DNA of 42,338 nucleotides from a virus: UHGV virus genome UHGV-0127092; one strand, 5' to 3'. Shown piece by piece: positions 34,314 to 42,338 of this stretch (position 1 is its first letter; each line of letters starts with the position of its first letter). The notes under the pieces were generated by a model. It saw only the letters and a program-made list of their open reading frames with translations, ran no database searches and was not told where the DNA came from. The position numbers and the translations under genes were made by a program.

Positions 34314-34526
34314 ATGACTCAGACATACATTCCGGCGTGTTTAAGAGACCTTCCTAAGAAGCGTCAGAAGCCACGCAAACAGGCGATTAAAGAAGCGCAA
34401 GTGGAAGTTCTGAATAAGGCAATCGCATCGATAAAAGACGATATGCGTGCGTTCAAAACAGAAGAGCAGCGTCGCGGTCATTACCAGGCGATCAGCACAC
34501 TCTCACAGATTCGTGATGAGTTGTAG
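34314..34526 (+). CDS. Hypothetical early protein, first gene of the leftward operon (possible N-like antiterminator)
   Basis: 70 aa with basic patch KKRQKPRKQ; AAGAGGA RBS. N-like role inferred from position only. Confidence 0.35.
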   Translation: MTQTYIPACLRDLPKKRQKPRKQAIKEAQVEVLNKAIASIKDDMRAFKTEEQRRGHYQAISTLSQIRDEL

Positions 34527-34583
34527 AAGCTGATAGATAAAGCATTTCTCCCGCATCAGCGGGTAACTAAGTGGAGAGTACGT

Positions 34584-34772
34584 ATGCACAAGTGTCAATT
34601 CTGTGGGTACTTTCTGGCATCTGAAGAGATGCAGAGAATATCTGTAAACATGGTTGGCAGGCCTTACAACATCTGCATTCCATGCTCAGAAAAGTACAAA
34701 AAGAAAGGCCTGTGGGATTCGGCAAAAAACGATATCGACTGGAAATCACTTCCATGCGTCGATGAGACATAA
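34584..34772 (+). CDS. Small zinc-ribbon-like protein
   Basis: 62 aa with CQFCG...CIPC Cys pairs; preceded by the 17-bp repeated stem-loop element. Confidence 0.45.
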   Translation: MHKCQFCGYFLASEEMQRISVNMVGRPYNICIPCSEKYKKKGLWDSAKNDIDWKSLPCVDET

Positions 34773-34805
34773 CCGCATCAGCGGGTAACGACAGAGGGTA
34801 AGTCA

Positions 34806-35474
34806 ATGATTCGTCTTAACAACGAAATTAAAAATCAGCTATGCCATAACCTGCTTCTCGCATCCCCATTGTTTGAGAAAGCGAAAGCTGCGGTTAATGA
34901 GAGGGCGAAAATTGTTGAAGAAATTCGACAGGCATTGCTCAAGCAGGAAAACACTAGCGATGAGCAAATAACTAAGGCTCGGGAAGATTTCAAAGATAAC
35001 TCCTTCATCAAGATGCAGGTCGGCGCTAAAACTGCAACTTTAAAGGTCATTATTAATGGTGAGTATCACGAATTAGCCAGGAACGGTTTGGATCATCGCT
35101 ATCGCCACCGTGGAAAACATATTGGTAAGCACGATCTTGAAAGCGACCTGTTCTTCGGAGCTTCCTTCGCGCCTGTAATTGATTCGGGTTTCGTTCCTGA
35201 AAGTTACAGCACGCTGAAGAAAGTTGGAAAATTACACGACCGACTCACTGAATCGACGGTAACCATCAACGTTCTTTACGATGAAGTTGATGCCTTCCAA
35301 TTGCAGGTTAAAGGTGCTCTAACCAAAGTCTCAACTGTTAAAAAACTGGCTGAGATGTGGCCTGAGGCAGTGCCATATTTGCCTGAGGTGGAACGCCGTG
35401 AAGCGACCAGCACCGCACTTGCCATTCCCGTTGAAACGCTAAACGCCCTTTGCGGCATACCAAAGAATGAATGA
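34806..35474 (+). CDS. Hypothetical 222-aa early protein
   Basis: ORF preceded by the second copy of the repeated element and followed by an intrinsic terminator; no family recognised. Confidence 0.55.
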   Translation: MIRLNNEIKNQLCHNLLLASPLFEKAKAAVNERAKIVEEIRQALLKQENTSDEQITKAREDFKDNSFIKMQVGAKTATLKVIINGEYHELARNGLDHRYRHRGKHIGKHDLESDLFFGASFAPVIDSGFVPESYSTLKKVGKLHDRLTESTVTINVLYDEVDAFQLQVKGALTKVSTVKKLAEMWPEAVPYLPEVERREATSTALAIPVETLNALCGIPKNE

Positions 35475-35496
35475 CCCGCTCCGGCGGGTTTTTTAT
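35474..35496 (+). terminator. Rho-independent terminator
   Basis: ACCCGC-TCCG-GCGGGT followed by TTTTTT. Confidence 0.6.
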
Positions 35497-35635
35497 CGGC
35501 CATACATAGGCAGATTTTCGAGTCTGCCCATTTATGACAACCGGCGGCCATCCACCGCCCATTGAAACACTGAATAAATGCGTTGAAGTCTTGTATTAAC
35601 CGTTCCGTTCGCCGCGATAAGGCCAAGAGGAAATC

Positions 35636-35842
35636 ATGGTAAACCAGCACTACGGTACACAGACAGTAAACCGCGGCGCAGTTCAGCCGGGGATGCTCGT
35701 CAAACACAAGGATTCAACCTGGACGGCATCAGCTAATGCTCGTGGTCGTTTGTATCTGCATCGCGGCGTTGAGATGACTTACACCAGGGATTTGCTGGTT
35801 GAAGTTTATCTGAACGGTCTGGGGAATGGCCTCAGCCATTAA
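35636..35842 (+). CDS. Hypothetical small protein
   Basis: 68-aa ORF with AAGAGGAAA RBS. Confidence 0.4.
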   Translation: MVNQHYGTQTVNRGAVQPGMLVKHKDSTWTASANARGRLYLHRGVEMTYTRDLLVEVYLNGLGNGLSH

Positions 35843-35875
35843 CGGAGAGTTGCCAAAACACTTTAAGGACAGGTG

Positions 35876-36034
35876 ATGAAAAAAGAATGTGGTTATTGCC
35901 ACAAGCCTGTTGAAGAAGGCGCAGAAGTAAAGAGCACCTTGCTCTATCTCAACGGTTCGCAACTGGCACAGAAAGAAAAAGAATATTGCTCTAAGCAATG
36001 CGCTGAATACGACCAGATGGCGCACGAAAGTTAA
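35876..36034 (+). CDS. Small zinc-ribbon-like ORF (hand-translated; below ORF-track length cutoff)
   Basis: About 52 aa, MKKECGYCHKP...CSKQC, preceded by AAGGACAGG; coordinates approximate. Confidence 0.3.
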   Translation: MKKECGYCHKPVEEGAEVKSTLLYLNGSQLAQKEKEYCSKQCAEYDQMAHES

Positions 36035-36119
36035 ATAGCAGTCCTGAAATATGAAATGAAAAATTCGCCATTAATTTGGCGCGGCTTCTTACACCCTTAA
36101 TTTAACAACTGGAGATTTT

Positions 36120-36407
36120 ATGGAAATCGTAAAAATCGAAATGAACCTGAAAGCAGTGAATAAAGAAGTGGCTGCATTCAACTGCGAGAAGAAAGTATCA
36201 GGCGTTATTCACTCAACTACAAACGGTGAAACAACAGTCATTCTCGACGGTGGCTATGTGCTTGGCAAGTTTTATTGCCCGCACTGCGCCATTGAGGAGA
36301 TCAGCTTGCTGGTACTCAAAATCAGCGATAGCGATTACGCCGGCTGGGGAACCTACCGTACATACAAGCAAGATTTTATGAATGAGGCGATCGTAGCCGT
36401 CAGTTAA
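36120..36407 (+). CDS. Hypothetical protein
   Basis: 95-aa ORF upstream of recE. Confidence 0.45.
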   Translation: MEIVKIEMNLKAVNKEVAAFNCEKKVSGVIHSTTNGETTVILDGGYVLGKFYCPHCAIEEISLLVLKISDSDYAGWGTYRTYKQDFMNEAIVAVS

Positions 36408-36547
36408 GCGAAAGCCCACCGAAGTGGGCCCGCCATGTCCGGCCTCACCGACCAAAGTTACACCGGAAACAACATTAAAACCAAAGTTAACCCAATGGAC
36501 GCTATCAATGGTCCGGGGATTCTAACACCCAAAAATGAGGATCTCAC

Positions 36548-39454
36548 ATGGAATTCTTTAATGTGGTTAAAGCCACTCAGAAATCCGGAAAGCAAGATGC
36601 AGTGGTCTGGTTCACTGCTAAAACCGAGGCTCGCGCCAATCTGATGCTGGATGTTGCGCTGGAAGATGCAGGTATCGAAACAGGTCTGGGTAAGGACTAC
36701 GCCAAACCAATCCGCACCGATTTCCCGGTATATGACGACCTGCCGGAAGAAGGCGCAGTGGATTACACCTGGTGCAAACGCTACGAACTGCAGAACGATG
36801 ACCGCACCTGGATGCCAAAAGTCACAGCTGAAAACTCTGACGAGAAAACGGCTCAGACCGTTGATAGTCACATAACTACTGAGTCAACGCTGCCAGAAAC
36901 CGCTGGCATCACGCTGGACGAACACGACGACGACTCAACCCTCTACCCGGTAGTGCAGATGCCGTTTCGTAAGCAACTGCTTTCCCAGTTCACCGCCGAC
37001 GAACTGCGCCACCACGTAACCCGCGAAGAGTACGAAGCTATCGGCGCGCTGGAGATGGACACTGATAACAGTTACGTCCAGAACTTGCTGTTAGCTGCTG
37101 AGAACTGCCCGGACGTGAAGGGTTACGACACCAAAGACCTGTGGCGCTACACCGATGCCATTCGCAAAGTGTTCAGCCAGGACAAGCGTCACGAACTCGC
37201 GCTGGTACTCCGTTTCACCAGAATGTGGGCGGCGACTGATTACATTGACCGTGGCATCCTGGCGCGTGAATGGGCTGCCGGTAATCACATCAGTAGTGTT
37301 CAGCGTACTGATTCCGGAACCAATGCCAACGGCGGTTACGTCACTGACCGTGGACCTGATGCATACCACACACTGGACACTCTCGATTTAGAGATTGCGT
37401 GTGCCCTTCTGCCTATGGACTTCAACCACTTCGAGATCCCGGGCAGCATTCTTCGTCGCGCTAAAGAAATCGTGACCAAAAAAGAAGAACCATGGAAATC
37501 ATGGAGCAACATCCTGCGCAATCAGCCTGGCGCTCTTGGCGTTAACCGCACGGCTATTTTTAACCTGGTACGTATCGCGCCGGAAAATATTCATCTAACC
37601 CCTGTCGCTCACCTGGAATTTGTTAACCAGACCATGACTGCTGAATTCAACTCTGCGGTTGAGTTATTGCCGTTGCATGAAGCTGAAGTAGCAACTCAGG
37701 AAATTCACCAACCTGAAAGTAAGGAGTCTCCGCGCAAATCCTTCTGCACTCACGAAGAGAACCTGCAACGCGTGCGTGAAGAAGGAGCACGCCGCCGCGC
37801 AGAGGAAGCTGCGGCACAACCGCAGAAAGTCGAACAAGAACTGGTTAAAAATGTCGGCAACGGAATATTCGACGTTACGGCTTTGCTGCAGAACTCAGCT
37901 ACTCATGGCACGAAAAAGGCTACGGAGACCACCAGCAATGTGCAGGTTCAAGAAACTGTCAGTGATGAAAAACAAGCTGGTACTGAAGTGCAGTCAGGCA
38001 AAAGCAGTATGGAAACTGGTGAAGAATCAGATACCAGCCAGCAAGCCGATGTAAACCAGAATACGGATTCTGTCGCCCAAAATAGCGATTCTGTAAACCA
38101 GACTGAACCAGTTTTGGCACAAACCGAGCCAGATGCCCAATCTGACGAACCAGCTGTTGTTTACCCCGCTTACTTCGAGCCAGGTCGCTATGAAGGTCTG
38201 CCGAACGAGGTTTATCACGCAGCGAACGGGATCAGCAGCACGCAGGTAAAAGATGCCCGCGTTAGCCTGATGTACTTCAACGCGCGCCACGTTGCCAAAA
38301 CGATCACCAAAGAGCGTTCTCCGGTGCTGGACATGGGTAACCTGGTTCATGCACTGGCGTTGCAGCCAGAGCAGCTCGATGAGGAATTCAGCGTTGAACC
38401 GGTAATTCCGGAAGGCGCATTCACCACGACGGCAACGATCCGCGCGTTTATCGATGATTACAACGCAGGTCTGCAAGCGCTGCTGAGTGCAGATGAGATC
38501 AAAGCCTTGCTCGAAGAATACAACGCCACTCTGCCAGCACAGGTGCCGCTGGGTGGTTCAGTCGAGGAAACTGGTCAGAGCTATATGTCGCTTCCTGAAG
38601 AGTATCAGCGTATCGAAGCGGACCAGAAGCAGACCGCAGCGGCGATGAAAGCCTGCATCAAGGAATACAACGCCACTCTGCCAGCACAGGTGAAAACCAG
38701 CGGTAGCCGTGATGCGTTACTCGAGCAGCTGGCAATCATCAATCCTGACCTGGTGGCCCAGGAAGCGCAGAAGCCGCAACCGCTGAAAGTGTCCGGTACC
38801 AAATCAGACCTGATACAGGCCGTGAAGTCTGTTAATCCGGACGCCGTCTTCGCCGACGAATTGCTGGATGCCTGGCGTGAGAATCCGCAAGGAAAAGTGC
38901 TGGTCACCCGCCAGCAACTGTGCACCGCGCTGAATATTCAAAAAGCGCTTCTGGCACACCCGACCGCCGGCATGCTGCTGACCCACCCTAGCCGAGCCGT
39001 TGAGGTGAGCTACTTTGGTTTTGACGAGGAGACGGGCTTGGAAGTTCGTGTGCGCCCTGACCTTGAGATCGACCTGGATGGCGTGCGTATAGGTGCAGAC
39101 CTGAAAACCATCAGCATGTGGAATGTTAAGCAGGAAAGCCTGCGCGCCAGGCTACACCGGGAAATTATTGAACGTGATTATCACCTGAGCGCGGCTATGT
39201 ACTGCGAAACCGCAGCGCTGGATCAGTTCTTCTGGATTTTCGTCAACAAAGACGAGAACTACCACTGGATCGCCATCATCGAGGCATCCGCTGAACTACT
39301 GGAGCTGGGTATGCTCGAGTACCGCAAAGCGATGCGCAATATCGCAACCGGATTCGACACAGGTGAATGGCCAGCGCCAATCACTGCTGACTACACCGAC
39401 GAACTGAACGACTTCGACCTGCGCCGCCTTGAAGCGCTGCGTACTCAGGCATAA
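36548..39454 (+). CDS. recE: Exonuclease VIII (RecE-like) with C-terminal PD-(D/E)xK nuclease domain
   Basis: N-terminal VVWFTAK...DFPVYDDLPEEGAVDYTWCKRYELQNDDRTW and YIDRGILAREWAAGNHISSVQRTDSGTNANGG match recalled E. coli RecE blocks; directly followed by recT. Confidence 0.85.
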   Translation: MEFFNVVKATQKSGKQDAVVWFTAKTEARANLMLDVALEDAGIETGLGKDYAKPIRTDFPVYDDLPEEGAVDYTWCKRYELQNDDRTWMPKVTAENSDEKTAQTVDSHITTESTLPETAGITLDEHDDDSTLYPVVQMPFRKQLLSQFTADELRHHVTREEYEAIGALEMDTDNSYVQNLLLAAENCPDVKGYDTKDLWRYTDAIRKVFSQDKRHELALVLRFTRMWAATDYIDRGILAREWAAGNHISSVQRTDSGTNANGGYVTDRGPDAYHTLDTLDLEIACALLPMDFNHFEIPGSILRRAKEIVTKKEEPWKSWSNILRNQPGALGVNRTAIFNLVRIAPENIHLTPVAHLEFVNQTMTAEFNSAVELLPLHEAEVATQEIHQPESKESPRKSFCTHEENLQRVREEGARRRAEEAAAQPQKVEQELVKNVGNGIFDVTALLQNSATHGTKKATETTSNVQVQETVSDEKQAGTEVQSGKSSMETGEESDTSQQADVNQNTDSVAQNSDSVNQTEPVLAQTEPDAQSDEPAVVYPAYFEPGRYEGLPNEVYHAANGISSTQVKDARVSLMYFNARHVAKTITKERSPVLDMGNLVHALALQPEQLDEEFSVEPVIPEGAFTTTATIRAFIDDYNAGLQALLSADEIKALLEEYNATLPAQVPLGGSVEETGQSYMSLPEEYQRIEADQKQTAAAMKACIKEYNATLPAQVKTSGSRDALLEQLAIINPDLVAQEAQKPQPLKVSGTKSDLIQAVKSVNPDAVFADELLDAWRENPQGKVLVTRQQLCTALNIQKALLAHPTAGMLLTHPSRAVEVSYFGFDEETGLEVRVRPDLEIDLDGVRIGADLKTISMWNVKQESLRARLHREIIERDYHLSAAMYCETAALDQFFWIFVNKDENYHWIAIIEASAELLELGMLEYRKAMRNIATGFDTGEWPAPITADYTDELNDFDLRRLEALRTQA

Positions 39455-39459
39455 GGGGA

Positions 39460-40578
39460 ATGATGATGGAAAACACGAATATCGTAACCGCTGAACAGCA
39501 GACTCCAAACACGATCTCAGCCAGCAATGCCATTTTCAACGTGCAGGCTTTAACCCAGCTTCAGTCTGTCGCCGGGTTGATGGCACAGGCAGCCGTAACG
39601 GTGCCTGAGCACCTCCGCGGCAATCCGGCAGACTGCATGGCCATCATCATGCAGGCGATGCAGTGGGGTATGAACCCTTACGCCGTGGCGCAAAAGACGC
39701 ACCTGGTTAACGGTGTCCTGGGATACGAAGCGCAACTGGTTAATGCGGTGATCTCCAGCTCAAACGCCATCGTTGGCCGCTTTCACTATGAGTACGAGGG
39801 CGACTGGTCGAAATGTGCCAGCAGCCGCGAGATAACCGTTAAAAAGCCTGCGAAAGGTGGCGGGACGTACGACAAGAAAGAAATGGTACGCGGTTGGGAA
39901 AGTGCTGATGAACAAGGACTGTCGGTACGGGTAGGTGCCGTTATTCGCGGTGAAAGTGATATCACCTGGGGAGAGCCTGTTTTCCTCTCCAGCGTAATCA
40001 CACGTAATTCTCCACTTTGGGTATCAAACCCGAAACAGCAGATCGCTTATCTGGCACTCAAATACTGGGCGCGCCTGTATTGCCCTGCAGTTGTTCTTGG
40101 TGTGTACACCCCTGATGAGATTGAACAGCGCACAGAAAAAGAGATCAACCCAACGCCGCAACGCGTTAGCCTGGCTGATATCTCAGGTGACACCGTCACA
40201 ACCACGCAAAGCGCACAGGAATCGTCGGTAAATGTCGACTCTCTTGCCGATGATTTCCGCGAACGCATCGAATCTGCTCAGGACGTGGATAGCGCCAAAT
40301 CGCTGCGTGCCGACATTGAAACGGCGAAAGCTACGCTGGGATCCGCACTATTCACCGAGCTGAAAAACAAAGCCGTAAAGCGTTATTACCTAGTGGATGC
40401 ACGCAACAAGGTTGAGGAGGCTATTAAATCCCTGCCCCAGCCCGACGAGCCGCATGCAGCCGAACGGTTCGCTGAAGCCGAGCGCATGCTTGCATCTTCA
40501 AAGCGTCACTTAGGCGATGAACTGCACGATCAATTCAGCATCACCCTGGCGGATATGAAACCGGAATACGTGGCCTGA
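39460..40578 (+). CDS. recT: Single-strand annealing protein (RecT/Bet family)
   Basis: 372 aa; MQAMQWGMNPYAV motif resembles the Bet/RecT QYGLNPW region; paired with the RecE-like exonuclease. Confidence 0.75.
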   Translation: MMMENTNIVTAEQQTPNTISASNAIFNVQALTQLQSVAGLMAQAAVTVPEHLRGNPADCMAIIMQAMQWGMNPYAVAQKTHLVNGVLGYEAQLVNAVISSSNAIVGRFHYEYEGDWSKCASSREITVKKPAKGGGTYDKKEMVRGWESADEQGLSVRVGAVIRGESDITWGEPVFLSSVITRNSPLWVSNPKQQIAYLALKYWARLYCPAVVLGVYTPDEIEQRTEKEINPTPQRVSLADISGDTVTTTQSAQESSVNVDSLADDFRERIESAQDVDSAKSLRADIETAKATLGSALFTELKNKAVKRYYLVDARNKVEEAIKSLPQPDEPHAAERFAEAERMLASSKRHLGDELHDQFSITLADMKPEYVA

Positions 40579-40616
40579 CGAGACCGGGAGGGGTAACCCT
40601 CCCTCAAGGAGATTAT

Positions 40617-40859
40617 ATGCGACTGATCAATCGAGGAAGTAAGCAATCACCTTTAGCTCGCCAAGCATGCGACATCGCGCTGGCAGCTCACTTGCAAACA
40701 TATGGCGACTATGGGCGAAGCAAGATGAAAGAGACTTATACGGTGAAGGTTGAAGGCGTGAAAGTCTGGGTGGAGGTGGTGAACCGAAAGGCGAGCTACG
40801 TGGCCACAGCGATGACCGGCATGCGCCGTCTCCGCTCCCTGCCCGGGCAGGTTGGTTGA
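40617..40859 (+). CDS. Hypothetical protein
   Basis: 80-aa ORF between recT and the excisionase-like gene. Confidence 0.4.
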   Translation: MRLINRGSKQSPLARQACDIALAAHLQTYGDYGRSKMKETYTVKVEGVKVWVEVVNRKASYVATAMTGMRRLRSLPGQVG

Positions 40860-40900
40860 AAAAGATTTTGAATGGCCCGAACGGGCAACTGGAGAGAGCT

Positions 40901-41098
40901 ATGGATGATATTTTGGTAACGTCAGACCTGACCAGTCGCTACAAAATTTCACGCAAAACCCTTTGGTCATGGCAAAGTGCAGACACAATGCCTCGGGGCT
41001 TCGTATGCCCGTTCCCACCCCCTGACTGGCCCGGCAACCCTAACCGCTGGCGCTCTGAGTCAATCAAAGAGTGGGAGGATAAAAAGAAGATAAATTAA
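40901..41098 (+). CDS. AlpA-family excisionase / transcriptional regulator
   Basis: [26 protein letters not shown] typical of AlpA/Xis; start at MDDIL preceded by GGAGAG; convergent 4-nt overlap with int. Confidence 0.7.
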
Positions 41099-42303
41099 CT
41101 GAAGGGCTCTCCGATGATCTCTTCAAGATGGCTCTGCCAAACGCGGAGCCAGTGTTTCTGATCATCGATATAGTCATGAAGGTTGTAATGCGCCATAACC
41201 CCCACCATCTGATGCCCGAGCAGCTTTTCAATTACGTGCGGCGGGCAACCTAACTCAGAGAGATTTGTGGCTATCGTCCGCCTCATATCATGAAGCGACC
41301 ACTCTGCCATACCTGTTCCATTCCAAATAGAACGGGCGTAATTGGATGCCACAGGTGAATGAACGGGCGAATCTTTGATCCCGCCATCAATTTTACGTTG
41401 TGAAGTCACCAGGTGATTGGTGTTTATTTTCTTGAGGTGATTTCTGACCAGGTTAACGGCGGCGTCTGAGAGCCCCCTTCTAATATGTACCCGAGTTTTA
41501 TAACTGCCCGCAGGCACGACCCACTCATTATCATCCAATCGAAACCATGATCTCTCACTAAGTCGAATCTCAGCCGTACGGCATCCGGTAAGCATAATAA
41601 ATTTCACCAGGAAAACGGACTCTATCGACATATGGCTTTTCAACCACTGATAGATTTTGCGCAGATCGTCATCGTCCATCCTGCGAGTTCTCTTTTTAGG
41701 CTTTTGCCCGACATCAGATGGCAGTAATCCCTCGAGTGGGTTTGAGGCGATCACACTTCTGTTAACGCAGAACCTAAACGCCCGTTTGCACAGCGAAAGC
41801 ATGTAATGAGCCATCACCCTGCTTTCTATAGAATCGAAGACGTTGATCCAGTGCATTTTCGCTGTGTTATCGACTTTGACATTCTTCATCGGTTCGGCGA
41901 TATGTTTCTCAAACACCTGGCGATAGTAATCGACTTTAACTAGCCCGTTAGCGATACAGTGCCTTTCAATCCAGTAATTGAACGCTTCGGCAACGGACAT
42001 CGCTTCCTGTCGGGTCTGCTTATCCAGCTTCACCTGCTCTCGCGGATCCAGTCCCTCAGTTAACCAGTTTCTGAATTGTTGGCGACGCTCTCTTGCCTGG
42101 GTGATACTCATTGCAGGATAATCACCAACATTGAGTTTTACCGCTTTACCGGCCCAGCGATACCGATAGAAAAATGATATTTTTCCGGCCTGGCTGATTC
42201 TGGCGTTGAGCCCGTGCGAATCAGAAATAATCTCGATATCATCTCTTTTCTTGCCGAGCGCCTTCCTGAGCTTTGTGTCGGTGATCATTGAATGGGTACA
42301 CAT
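41095..42303 (-). CDS. int: Tyrosine integrase, P4-like family
   Basis: N-terminal [10 protein letters not shown]...[10 protein letters not shown] arm-binding region; C-terminal catalytic HDMRRT...LLGH...Y. ATG at about 42303 preferred over the track GTG at 42333. Confidence 0.9.
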
Positions 42304-42338
42304 TTTTGTTTTTGGGTACACAAAAGTGTACACAAAGT

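Larger units (their letters stand above)
1..42338. mobile_element. Lambdoid prophage/phage genome (HK97-like head module, lambda-like tail module), integrase at right end and invertase at left end
   Basis: Contiguous phage gene order: int, xis, recET, early-left genes, cI, cro, cII, O, dnaC-like, nin, Q, lysis, HNH, terminase, portal, protease, capsid, head-tail, tail, J, tail fiber, invertase. Size typical of a complete lambdoid genome. Confidence 0.9.

Noticed and set aside
34083-34357. Short ORFs 34083-34271 (-) and 34175-34357 (+) in the early-left leader
   Set aside because: Overlap each other, lack an RBS, and sit in a region better explained as an untranslated nut-like leader.
36413-36428. 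Hairpin GCCCAC-CGAA-GTGGGC upstream of recE as a terminator
   Set aside because: No U-tract follows; at most a stability or processing stem-loop.
1-42338. CRISPR arrays, tRNA or rRNA genes, and IS elements
   Set aside because: No regularly spaced repeat array, no cloverleaf-compatible tRNA-like segment and no transposase ORF were seen; the only structured repeats are the ori iterons and short regulatory repeats.

Overview
This window reads as a near-complete lambdoid prophage or phage genome (about 42.3 kb) of an enterobacterial host, with HK97-type head genes, lambda-type tail genes and a lambda-like immunity/replication/nin/lysis backbone. All calls are from reading the sequence and the ORF track; no database search was run, and hand-derived coordinates of short motifs may be off by 1-2 nt. 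Minus-strand genes, left to right: a Hin/Gin/Pin-type DNA invertase; a LexA-box-preceded unknown gene; a side tail fiber with C-terminal chaperone domain; a small lipoprotein moron; the J-I-K-L-M-tape measure-GT-major tail block; head-tail joining proteins; capsid, protease, portal, terminase, HNH; spanins, lysozyme, holin; Q antiterminator; NinG, NinB and nin accessory genes; DnaC-like loader and O-like initiator with ori iterons; cII and cro. Plus-strand genes: a cI repressor (LexA-like S24 peptidase), then an AT-rich two-gene operon in the position rexAB occupies in lambda, then a pL-like early-left operon ending in RecE/RecT and an AlpA-like excisionase, converging on a P4-family tyrosine integrase. 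The best candidate for an undescribed system is that two-gene operon (32120-33528): a minimal nucleotidyltransferase-fold protein translationally coupled to a 310-aa protein with no motif I recognise, flanked by its own terminators. Other points worth a second look are a near-consensus LexA box in front of an unknown gene coupled to the invertase, small morons inside the tail operon, and repeated GTACACAA motifs at both window ends.
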